Made by a program: the position numbers and the translations under genes. DNA of 64,000 bases from Phoronis australis (lineage: Eukaryota > Animalia > Phoronida), in assembly GCA_002633005.1 (NCBI GenBank), contig NMRA01000029.1, positions 964,086-1,028,085 of the forward strand, read 5' to 3'. This document shows positions 13,577 through 26,000 of this stretch, one piece after another. Every line of letters starts with the position of its first letter. Position 1 is the first letter of the stretch. The notes under the pieces are model-generated. The model was not told where the DNA came from and ran no database searches. It was given only the letters and a program-made list of their open reading frames with translations.

Positions 13577-14469
13577 GACTGGCTATCAGACAAGACTGAA
13601 TGTAATCTACAACAAGGGCAAACAGAGTACAGGCTGATAATGTGGTAATCTGATCGACTCATCAAAGCAACAAAAATCAATGGGAAATGTGGTGCTGGCG
13701 GACATGATGTATGTAACATGCACAGACATTGCAGAATGCCGCGGACGTACTACACATACTCTCTGGCCCACACACCATTTGATGGATTTCCAGTTCATCA
13801 ACCTCAACAGACCCATTGCTCATCTACTTAGCACTGAATAGTTGAGCAATATGTGGTGAATCCTTAGTGCAGTTGTTCAGAAATTCTTATATAGTCAATT
13901 TAAAGACCTGCAATATTCCTGATGTAGGAATGACATAACTAATAGACATTTTCTGAAACAGTGGCGGTGAACTGAAATACACGTCATCGCTAGATGGTTA
14001 TAAGAGAGTTGATAGACAGCATTCAGAATTTAATGGAGTTGGATATTTTCCTGCATTTTTAATGATCATGCCATCTAGCGCCGCTGTTGAGAAGTGGGTT
14101 TCCTCCCAGACAGCTGGTCCTGTTCAGCACACCATAATAGAAATTGGGTCAAGCAAAAATGCTTTTGTACTCTCGCAACCCTAAAGAGTTGTACATAGTA
14201 CAGAGAATGTTTCCTATTAACCAACCTTGGTCTTTCCAACTCAGCTCAAGAAAGTTGTCTATTTAGTTCAAAATAAGATATGTTTTATGTGTGAGCTACT
14301 GGCATTGCATGGTTTCGTGATAGGATTATATTTCAATTACCAACAACAACAATGAAGCCTTCGGCGACTCATGAAAACATTTCAAAGTTTTTTGGAATTG
14401 CCAACCCTAAACTTGTGAATTCAAAAATGGTGTATGTACACATTACCTGTGACTTACATGCAGGGCATG

Positions 14470-14753
14470 CAGTGGCGGATTTAGGGGGGAGGGGGACAAG
14501 GGGGCCGTGGCCCCCCCTAAAGTTAGCCCACATAACATTTGGCAGTTCGGGGTGCGAATTGCTGAGTAGCGTAGGGGGCTCGGGGGGCTAATGCACAACG
14601 CATAGGCCTTGAACAAACCCCGTTTAACGGGTTTTTTTAGTAATAAGGCCCACAAAACCAAAAACTCTCCTCCTGCTGGGCGCGCGCATGTGGCGAAATT
14701 CTGGTTATTCCTGTGCCCTGGCCCCCTTAATTCAAAATCCTGGATCCGCCCCT
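14470..14753. mobile_element. hAT-type MITE
   Basis: cagtggcggattt ... ggatccgcccctg terminal inverted repeats with G/C-run subterminal motifs. Confidence 0.65.
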
Positions 14754-16588
14754 GGGATGAACCTAAAAGGTTTCGTTTGACAATCCACCACACTCATTCC
14801 CGACATAAAAAAATTCAATCAACTTTGCACCAAGCATTGCAGATCAAACTCCTAACTCAGTATTGTGAAAGCATCCATTATTTATGAAGCATAGAGAGCG
14901 CTCTGTTCAAAACTGAAATTATTAAATTCAATTAACTTTGCACCATGCATTTGTACGTTAATTAAACTCCTTTGTTGGGCCTAGAAATGGCTGGTTGGTG
15001 GGTGTGTTATTTTAGTATTTGACTTCCAATTAAGGCTAAAAGCCTATTCATTTTTGACACGAACATGTGACAAACACCCACTCTGTATAGAAAACAAATT
15101 ATCCAAAGCTGAAGTCCGTGAGAAATGGATGCAATGTCGCAAACTTAAGTAAGCAAAGTCTAGTATTTGACTTAATTTTACTGTAGTTTGTTATCTCAAG
15201 TGGATGTCTCAAAACTTTCATGTTTTTACCGACTTATCGCGTTTCTTAACATGAACACAATTAGAACATATCAAGAGTCCACGCAATCGACCAACACAAA
15301 CTGATACCATAACCACCCTACTCGTATATCGCTTCATGAAAACAATCAATAGACACAGGAAAATGGTCTGGCCACATTTCTGTTTGAAAATAGTTTTTGG
15401 CCAAAGCATAAACTCTGCAAAAACCAATACTGAAATATAGCTTGGATTTACTACCAAATTAGAATGTTTGTCCAACAATGATTGTTATCTACTGTAAGGT
15501 ATCCTAAAACCAATAAAGATTTCAATTCTCAAAAATACTGGTCACAAGTCTTGCGACCGAGAATTTATAAAAAATATTGCAAATACTACGAAAGTTTTCC
15601 CAAAAACTTTGAAGTGTTTCTTGAGTCACTGATAATTTGGTGTTCTTATTAGTGGAAATCACATCCCATTATGATATTAGAAGGACTTTATGAGCTTACT
15701 AGTAATTGTCTTAACTAATTTTGAAACTAGCGTGCCGAGAAATGCAGTTTTTAGCTTCTGAGGTCTGTTTCATAAATGTAACTTAAGAGGCTTGTTTTTG
15801 AGAAAACCTGAAAAATGCGATGATGTTGAACGATCGATTTTCCTCTCTGAAAATGCACCAGGTCACGCGCTTCGCTCAGTCTTGCACTTATCCTTGCCTA
15901 ACTCACGTGACGCCATTTGAAATAAATTATTGTCCGCAGTAGAAAAGTTAACGGCGACCAAAAAGTCGAGTTAGAATTCTTCACCAAAGTCATGGTTCAT
16001 CGATGATATGTATAGAACCACAGGTGTTCTTAGCTTCTGATCGTCCCCTATACACTATAATACTACAAGGTACGACACTCCGAACTAGAGCAGGACACCG
16101 TAAATGGTTGTGGAGAAAGAAAAATTCTTCATGATTTGTTGAACATCTGTTTTGTGTAAATTTATTGAGTTTTATGTTTGTTATGGACGGCTGAAGTGAA
16201 GCACCCGAGGAATTTCTAGTCCGGAGTGTCATACCTTGTAGTATATAATAGTGTATTGTATTGGGGACGATCGGAAGCTGAGGACGCCTGTGTAAAGAAC
16301 CAGCAAGGAATGCTGAAGAAAGTAAGCACTTTTTAAGTGACAATTTTAGTGTAAATTATATTATTTGACGAGGTGAAAACCTCTTATTTGGTGAGCGGAT
16401 TTGGCATACCACGCATTATAATACACGAGATGACATCAATACTGAAAGCGATGGGGACTACTGTAGCGCCTAGATAGCCAGGGCTACGTGTTGCCCAGGT
16501 CTATGAAACTTGTGAAAGTGATTCAGAGACAATGAATGAATGAAGAACGACCTAGGAAGGAAAACCGTTATTAACCATAAATAATTAC

Positions 16589-16750
16589 CTGTATTTTAAG
16601 CAGCAAGCACGGAGGAGGAGTCATTATCCGTAATATCTGCCTTTTAAAGTTAAAACTGAGTGAGATCACCCCCTTTCAATATGCTGCTGAACTCTTTACG
16701 CGAACGCGAAATCTGACCTGCAGACATTCTTTTTCTCCTGCTGCTCTGAC
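16589..16750 (-). other. Putative non-coding 5' exon of the ERC gene
   Basis: Minus-strand donor CAG|GTAATT at 16589/16588 in a CpG-richer patch; the acceptor at 13606 requires an upstream exon. The 5' boundary is a guess. Confidence 0.35.
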
Positions 16751-16956
16751 AAATACAGGTTCAAATGTCTAATAATTTATTGAATTATGTAAGGAAATAA
16801 TGCTTTATGTAAGTATATTTAAACGTAAAATGAGATAATATTGATAACATAAGAGGTTAATTAGAACAGAAAATATTCAAAGTTATTAGTTTTGATTAAA
16901 AAAATTTAAAAAAGGATAATTTGTATCAATTCTCTTGACTAAAAATTCTATGGCAA

Positions 16957-16977
16957 GTCACATGACTGTCACATGAC
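16957..16977. promoter_or_regulatory. Tandem GTCACATGAC boxes (E-box/M-box, CLEAR-like MiT/TFE sites) in the divergent promoter
   Basis: GTCACATGAC at 16957-16966 and 16968-16977, about 70 nt upstream of the TMEM116 ATG. Confidence 0.55.
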
Positions 16978-17045
16978 TTGTGCATTCATATAAATCTGAG
17001 AGGGCGAACCGCGAAATGATCTGTATTTCAGTGTGACATGCCGCA

Positions 17046-17087
17046 ATGTCGGCGTGCGGAAACGACAGTGCTTTCAGTGAGAGCCAG
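17046..17087 (+). CDS. TMEM116: TMEM116 exon 1 (MSACGNDSAFSESQ)
   Basis: ATG at 17046, N-glycosylation sequon NDS, donor CAG|GTTTGT, phase 0. Confidence 0.7.
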
Positions 17088-20000
17088 GTTTGTAATAACA
17101 GTTATTAACCAGAACTGAATCACCAATTAAAGGTTTATTTCTTTTTCGTGATATACCATAGGCTAACGCATAGGCCTGTACATCTACTGTGCTTATAAAT
17201 TTTTACTTCTAGTTCTAGGCCTTTGTCAAGTTTGTCTGAATGTATGTCTTACTCTTAGTCTTAGTATAATGTATTGTGTTATGTTGTATCGTTTTATTTT
17301 GTAGACTCTTGTTAGTAATGAGTTTCAAAATTTTTATATAAATTCGTTCAAGTAGGCCTACAGTTCGAACTACCTTCAAAACAAAAAGGCTCAAACTCAA
17401 ACATGCTGTAACAGAATTGGTTCATGAGCACGCTATGTAATTTTCTTCTGCATCTATCCATATTACATCCAATTTGCACAGCCTACTTCTCCTTGGCTTT
17501 GTGTTACTTTGAGTATTTTTCATTAATTACCACCTGGCTGTTTTACTGAACTGACCGTTTTTGTTGCAGTTCAAGGCACTGTCATATATTTTCCTTGGCA
17601 CATCATGTGGGAGGTGAGTCGAATTTTAATACTAATTTTCCCCGCATTCCATAGAGGAATCTACTGAAATTTTGATTTAGACCACTCTCCGCTAAATTCA
17701 GGTCTGAAATAATTGTTCCTTCAGTTGCTGACATGAGAAGCGATTTTTGCTCTTTAGCAGTTCGTTATTCCTCGACACTATGCTTGGCAAATAAAATGAC
17801 ATGCCGTGACTATAGTCAACTTTTACAGCCCAGTCTCAATAACAAAACCCAGTTCTTTCCAAACCCAGACATCACCTATTTTGACAGAGACCAATGTCAT
17901 GGTTGACGTGGTCGAAATCAAAAATTGTATTTTGCAACTGAAGGCTAGGTTAGGTGTTATTGGTGTATACTGATTTTGTGGATTATATTATATGTGTTAA
18001 CAGTGAATATCTTAAGGTACATTGAGCACTGCTTAGCTTACTTAAATGATTGTTACCTTGGGACATGTGGGCTCACACAATGGCAAATGTAGAATGATTT
18101 ATTTATATCTTTTTATATGATGACAAGAAAACTGCCAGTGGACTTGTGAAATGAGCCGAGTCAATACTCTGTTTCTAGGATTATATTGTGGCCAAATTAA
18201 AGCTCAAAGGAATTGGTCTGAGCCCGATGAATTCTATTTAACATGATTTTGAATGTAATGAAATTGATTTTTATACAAGGAAATTGATTTGAATTTCAAC
18301 CATTTGAATTTTAAAACTGCGCAGTGATCTCTCGTGAGTAGTCCAGCGATGCTTGTGCATCTGTGTTTAGAGTAAAATATTCTTTAGGAGACCATCAAAT
18401 GGGTTATTATTGTCATTGGTGCCTAGACTGGCTAACACATTCTAGGCTTTGGTGTTCAAAACATAGAGGGGGTAATAAAACAATTATCTTCTCAGACAGG
18501 ACCACAAACTCTTTTGTTAAGCTGTGTTTACTTACACAGACAAAGAACTACTTACATTGATGTTAGATGTCAAGTTGGAAGGCCTATTTGTGTGAACAAC
18601 ATACACAATTTACAACCACCCTAAAAATTCTAAGCCGTTATGCCACCTAGTTGTCCCCTCCAAGCCCGAAAGGAAAAATCCATTTTAATGATAACCAACT
18701 GTAGTTGCAAGAAAAGGAATAATATCTGGAGGATGCATTACTTGAATGCAAGAGATTTGTGAGTTTGGAAACGTCCTACAAAACAAATGAGAAATCACGT
18801 GTGAATAAATCAACAATAACCCAATAGTAGTGTTATAAAGTGTAAGCGCAGGGCAATTTTGGTCTAACATAAGTAAATGTTTTTTTTTGTGAATGCCTAC
18901 AATTTCTCAGAATCATTGTCTTGTGGTGGCTACCATAGTGTTTATTTGGTGATACTTATTTTAATTGAGAAGTGAAAAAAATTCACTTGCTTTTGACCAA
19001 ATTATATCTAATTAACATAATTTAAATGATTTTTATTGTACTCGTGTACACTAATCAAAATGGCTGTCACTTAAGGGATCGCTTTGCGAGCCAGAATGTT
19101 ATAGTTATGTCGGACCTTATTTACAATTCTACGAATTTAGGCAAATATCTACAAAACTTGACAAAGCATATATTATACTTTTGAAAAGTAGATGGCCTGT
19201 AACATTTGATTTTTACCGTTTTACCAATGTTGTTATTAATTGGGTCACGTGGCCTTGCCTTTTTAGCAAAATTTACTAAAAACAGAAAGGTACCGTATAT
19301 ACTATGGTAAAAATTTATTTGATATAAATGTTCAAGATTAGCCCTCAAAAATGCTGTTACTGTTTTCATACAGTCTGAGTTTTTCATGAAATCACCAGAT
19401 TTATGCAAAATAGTTAAGCCAAGTAAGTGGCATACGACATCTAAGAGAGGAAAATGTCTAAATAATTTTGTTTGAAATATTATCTAACTTCAGCTTATTC
19501 TGAGATCCACCTAAAGAATCTTATTTCTGTTTTCATTGAAAGACCTTCCAACAGAATGTCCATATTCTTTTTAATTTTATTTCTTAATCTCAAAGTGTTA
19601 TGAACCATGTCCAAATCTGACATAATGTATGTACAAGCTATCTGAAGGATAAGATGTTCTTGTCATATCTCTCTCTAATCTAACTTCAAATAAATGAACA
19701 AACAATATGAATAATTATGTAATCAGCACTTTCAAAGTGTCCTGTTATGTAATTTGTTAGCCATATCTGGACATTTTCAAGCTGGAAATTTTTTTCCATA
19801 CACAGAATTCTGTTCTGTGAGCGAAGAGTTCCCGTCACAAGTACTTCACCAGTTTCTTCCGTCTATGCGGAGCAAATAGGTTTTTTGAAGTTTTGCTAGT
19901 GGAGATTCGTGGGATTAGAGTGTTAATTTTCCACTTACATGTGTAAAGAAAGACTGCACCCCAAGGTTGTTCAGCCTAATGACTGTTCAGGTACATTGTA

Positions 20001-23000
20001 TCTGTGTGTCCTTGACCTACTTTCAAAAATCCTATATTGTTGGACTCTTAGATGGTGCAGCCATTACTAAGTCAGACTGAGGTCTTTTGTTGTTGGGTGA
20101 CTGTAGATTGTAGCCATCATGAGGATCTCTAAATAGGATTCGCACAGAGCCTTTTGAGATGGTCATGGATTTTTTGTATCAGTTGTAAGGTGAAATTGTA
20201 TGAATGGGCTGATAAATTCTTGCCAATTTAGGTTATAAAGTTTTTTTTTAATTTTCAACAAAAGGCAAATACCAATGATGGTTTATCGTTTTAAGGTTTT
20301 ATGTAGATTGTAGCCATCATGAGGATCTCTAAATAGGATTCGCACAGAGCCTTTTGAGATGGTGATGGATTTTTTGTATCAGTTGTGAGGTGAAATTGTA
20401 TGAATGGGCTGATAAAGTCTCGCCAATTTAGGTTATAAAAATTTTTTTTTTAATTTTCAACAAAAGGCAAATACCAATGATGATTTATCGTTTTAAGGTT
20501 TTACACTGTATCTACCATCAGACAATGTTTTGAGAAAGTGGCATTCACAGCTGCATCCTTTGATAAATGCAAATGTGGTCCTTGGTTTTGGCTATTATTT
20601 GTGTCCAAAATTCCAGGTGTATTTTTGCTGTAACTTGCTTTTACTGAGTCTTATGAAATTAACAAAATAGATAAATTTTGAGTCTAATACTGGATTAGCG
20701 ACATTGCGTCTGCATCTCATGAACTTCAGCTTGGCTTGTGACGTTATCGTTATTATGGCCAATTGGTGGCGTTTTGACCAGACAGCGTGGCATTGACATC
20801 AGAACACCATCCAATACGTGTGACCAATCTAATCTTAAACCGCCTCTTTTATAGAGGGACTCGCAATGCGCTCATGGAGAGCTTCCTTTACACCCCTTCT
20901 GAACCAGACTTCTTCACAGTCTAAGATAGTGACATCATCAGTATTGAAATCTTATTTTTGGCATAACTTGTTTGCTAGTTTACACCTTGACTCTTAACTT
21001 GTTACATTTTTCTCATGAATGTCTTGTTTGACAGGCAATATCAACAAGGTTTACACATTTTAATATACTTTTGACTTAGGGTGCAGCTAGAAAATTAAAA
21101 ATATTGACTTGAAAAAAGGAACCTATTTGTTGCAAGCTTCTATGAAAAGTCACCCTTTTGTTGAACTTTATTCAGAAATTCCACCATTTTGTAGAGTTCA
21201 TTACACAAAACTGTCACTTTTCATAGGTATTCTAGATATATGTCCTTTTTAATCTGATAAGTCTGAAACAAAGTGAGAATATATTGATGACAAATTGTCA
21301 AAAATGAATACCTCTTTTGCACTAGAACTGTTTACATCGGAGTTAGGAACATTTTGTGAAGTTTTGAGTGAAATGGACCCTTTTCTAAGGAAGTAAATGA
21401 AAAGACAATCTTATGTAGGAATTTTGTTGGAAAATGCGTTCTTTCATAGGGAGGGTTGTTGTGAAGATATCACCCATCTGGGTGGTATCTTCCGTGAACC
21501 CATAATAGTACATGCTGCCTAGGTGTTAGTCATCGGAATTAATTTAAGTTATCGGCTTTTACGCTGCAAGAAATTAGAGTATTCCATTAATGAATGATGT
21601 AGAATATTATAATCTGATGCTATTCTGGGAATCAACTGCTGAATTGCCTATCAGTCGTTGTGTAAATTATGACCTGTCCTGTTGCATGATTATGACAAAT
21701 GTTTGGTAGATAATTAGTCCAGTGAAGTTTTTCTTTTTTTTAAATTAAACCAAAAATCAAATTATTCATTTTTTGATTTTTTAAAACTTTACAGCATTGC
21801 AAAGTTTTAAAGTAACTGAAAGAGACTTCACCGTAGTTTTCTGTCAGTTCCTGAAATTTCTTGATATTACTATGAAATTTGAACAAGTTTCCGTCTGCAT
21901 TTTATGCATGATGTGAATTTGTATGGTACATGCCAAAAGTATTCAAGACAAAAGGACTGAATTTTTCTATTAACGGAATTAGCCATCGTAATGGGAAAAC
22001 AGTATTTTTTCTGATTACTGTTGTCTTATACTTTATCTGTATCAATATTTTTTCACAGTTTCATTGGTGCTACATCCATAGTTGCAGCAGCATGCGCAGC
22101 AAGGAAGTTCAGGTCTCCTGAGGTAAGTGGCTCTGTTTCAACTGTGCTTTAAGCTTGCAAACTGTGGATGCATGTCAAGGCTTGGCATTGATTGTCTCGT
22201 TTTAAGTGAATGTGTGGGGGGCTGCAGTGTGAGAAAATGTGTAATATTTGTAATTATTTTGGCTCACAGCAACAGATTGACAACAATCTGCTGTCTGATA
22301 TTGATTTACACAAAAATTGGTTAGTGCATTTAATATCTTATACCTTTTCACCATGTTTCATGCTTCATTGCTTGCAGTGATTGTTCCACACCCCACAACA
22401 GGGCATTGCCTCTGTGAGGAGCTTTATGCAGGTCATCTGGGTTATCTAATATTTGGCCTTGAAGGCTTGGTTGTCCTTGAAATGGCTATACCCTTATCCT
22501 TTTGTTGACTTGGGCTATATGCATGAATGGCAACACTCCTAAATACACCTGTACTCTTAAGGGCACATGCCTCACCATTGTTGTCTGGAGCAGTGCTTAC
22601 TCCAGTTCTACATAAAAAGTAATTCAGTATTCTAATGTCATTTTTTCTGTTTTACAGAACTGTAATCTGGGATCATCCTGACACAAAAAAACAATTGTGT
22701 TATTTTTGAGTGTCAAATTTAGTTCAGAAGTGGCATGCTACTGATTTTCTTATAAGTGGTATTCTGGCAGGTTAGGTTAGACAATAAAAAGTTTTGTTTT
22801 CTAGAGCTCCAGGCGTATCAAACACTTTCTACCAAGTTGGCATTTATGTAGTCCAGAAATGATATTTGGACATAACACAACCTTTCTTTCCAAAAGTTTC
22901 ATGGAGAAAATTATTGCAAACTGTGAGGGTTGTTGAGAATTCCATTTCCAGATCATGTTACAAACATATAGTCTTAGTTAATAGCTGTTTAAAACATGTC

Positions 23001-26000
23001 TAGTATGGTATACTGTAATGATGACTAATTCTAAGGGTACATTTATTTTGATGTTGCATAAACAGTGTATCAGTGTATTTGTCTAAGTTAAGAAATACAG
23101 ATTATTACATGGCGAAGTCGTTATCCCCCGTTATCTAGAGCCCGAGTAGATTTTGGAGAATTAATTCTACAAAATCCACGAGAAAATTTGCAATGAATCG
23201 ATCTACCTTTCTCGACTCACTTCGGCTTTGTAACTACTTTCTATGTCAGAGGCCCTGGGTCGGAGATCGTGACCTTTGAAGAAAAGCAGAGATAATTTTG
23301 TAAAATAATGCTTTTACTCAAAAGCAATTGAAAAATAAAACAAAGTAGAAATAAATTGAATCTATAAATTAATGTTTAGCAACTGTTATAGCTTACTACA
23401 CATTTTATCACGCTAAGCTTCAACCGAAAAAATATCGTCTGCTAGGTTACCACTAGTAACTGACTATAATGCTCAAGTCAAAGGATCCTGACCACACGAC
23501 ACCTGCATTCAAACTGGAGACCGGTCATTTACAAGTGAGAGAACACGAGAGAAAAATTTCACTGAATTAAATTATCGTTTTTATGGAAATTATGCGTCTT
23601 ATTTTTCATAGCGTATAATTGTAGGTGCAATGCCCTTTGCTGAACATGCGATTGTTGCGCGTGCTCATTTTCACGTTCGATGACGTCAGCCGTTGAGTGG
23701 TGTAGTGGTAAAGTCGGCAACACGCAACTGTTGAGTCCCGGGTTCGACTCCGTCCTCGGTTTCCCGCCAAAATGTTATCTCACTAGTGAGATAACTTTAT
23801 GGGTTAATAAACGGTTGTATCTTCCATTCGAGGCTAATATTGTGGTATAAATAGTTAAAACATGGTCGTATACTTTAATAATGACTAATTTTGAAGTTAC
23901 ACTTATTTTTTGTAAACAGAGTGTTAGTGAATTAGCCGTAGCTGGTTAAAATATGGCCTGGTATACTTACTTAATATATAGTGAGTAATTCTAATGTAAC
24001 TGCTTATTTTTTATGTAGTGTAAATGGAGTATTAGTGTAGTAGTATACTTAAATGATGACTAATTCTAACACTTCACTTACGTCTTATGTACGTAGTGTT
24101 AATGGAGGCCCATGCATATGAAGGTCGCAAGGTATTGTTTAACCTGTGACATCCGTGCGACTGCCATAAGCGTATGACGTGGTTTTCTCCTATTAGACAC
24201 TATCATTGTTTTTTTTTGTTGCGTCTTTTTATAACAATAAAGGTCGCATGGATACGGTACATTGGGTACACATCAGCCGGTTACCGCTTGCCGTTATGTT
24301 TATTGTAAGAAGGAAAAACAAACTTTTATTAAGTGAACGTTAAATATGTGCATTTTGCGATCTCTATGCGCCAAGCTTGCGAGCTACTTTCCCCGTGGGG
24401 TATTAGTGTGTTAGTCCTAGTTCATAACTGGTTAAAACATGGTCTAGTATACTTTTACAGTGACCTATTTTAATGTTACACTTATTTTTTTCAGGTGATG
24501 CCACTCTTCCATCTGTCATTGGCTGACATGCTCACTTCTTTATTTGTCATTGCTAGTTGTATCCTCTTCTTAGTCTATCGACCAGAGAGAGATGCAGGCT
24601 CGTTTCCTCTTGTGTGCTCTGTTACTGTTGGCTTTGTAAATGTAAGTATCTTTAGTGCTCAGGGGGCCGCATTTTGAGAGTCAGTCTGCTGCCAGTGATT
24701 CAGTGGAGAAAACTGTGTTTCTCTAAATGCGGAACCCCGTAAGTGACTATTAATTTTTTGTTTTATTATTTTTAGTAAGAATATGAGGCTGCTTGTGTTC
24801 TTTCCATTTTCACATAAAAGTGAAGTCAAGAAACTTGCTATCATATATAGCGGACTTACAAATGAATTTTAACTTTCTTGCCGTGACAGTATTGTGCATG
24901 GTACACGTGTAAATATATGCCGTCACCATCAGAATAGTAACACCTACATATTATTAAATATAAATGTGAAGTATGAAGTGTGTATATTTATCCCATATGG
25001 GTATACGTGAAAATATGAATGTTGTATATGTCGCGTTATTAACTGTGAAATACAGGAAATTAGAGCCAATCCGTATATACAACGGTAGAAGTCGTATTTC
25101 ACAGTTGGTGAGCAGTCTCCTGGTGGAGTAAAGTCGTGAGTGCAATGCCATATTTGATTGCACTCATTTATTTGGGAAACGAACTTTAAAATTAGCGCGT
25201 AAGTAAATAACGACATATGTATCGAATCCAACATTTCCGTTTATTTCATTAAACCATTCTCAAGGAAACACTTACAAGCACAAACAAGCGACACAGGTAG
25301 AGAAGAGACTGTACAGTGCTGTTCTCAATCATTCCTTGACAACTGGTCACACTATAGATTGCTCTGGTGTTCAGATCCTAGACAAGGATAATGCCACCCT
25401 CAGGCTCCTTATAAAGGAGGCTGTAGGTTGACTCATGCTGAGCGTTACCTCAATAGAAACATTGGTTCATTTGAGCTCCAACTGTTTTGATTTCTGGTCT
25501 ATACCCCTCACAATGCGTTTTGACATGTAACTGCACAGTCTCTTCTCTACAAGGGCCTTGTTTTGTGTGTGTAACTGTTTCCTTGAGAATGATTTAATGA
25601 AATAAACCAAAACGTTGGATTGGATAGATATGTCGTTATTTACTTATGCGTTAATTTTAAAGTTCATGCTTCTGTTATTTGGGTTACCTAAATCATTAAT
25701 CCAAGGTGTCTTTCCTGAAAAAGCAGTTTTACTGCTGTGAAAACAGAAGATTTACTGATGAAAATTCCGACGCACGATGATGTGGCGGCTATTTTTGGGC
25801 CTCGCTGAAGTTTTAATCTGGTCATCATAAATAGGTCAAGCTTAATGCCAAGCCAACAAAATCGGCCAAAAATCTAATTCAAATCCAACGAAAATGTTTT
25901 GTTATGGATGCATACAGTATATGTACACTGAGAGCTGAAATCTTTACAACTTAATTGCAACTTAAGATCGAGTACGTGTTTTTAACCTAGACGATCGTCT

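Larger units (their letters stand above)
22970..24494. repeat. Degenerate intronic minisatellite (about 80-120 bp units) interrupted by insertions
   Basis: Recurring ttaaaacatgg..tagtatact..aat.atgactaattctaa..tacacttatttttt units at about 22980, 23850, 23940, 24040 and 24420. Confidence 0.65.

Noticed and set aside
18388-18427. Possible TMEM116 exon ETIKWVIIVIGA
   Set aside because: Ends in an in-frame TAG with no suitable donor; exons 17046 and 17570 already give a phase-consistent N-terminus.
23689-23761. Functional tRNA gene
   Set aside because: Acceptor and anticodon stems are mismatched, there is no clear T-run terminator, and it sits in a repeat.
20102-24494. CRISPR-like array
   Set aside because: The repeats are long tandem units without unique constant-length spacers; eukaryotic context and no cas genes.
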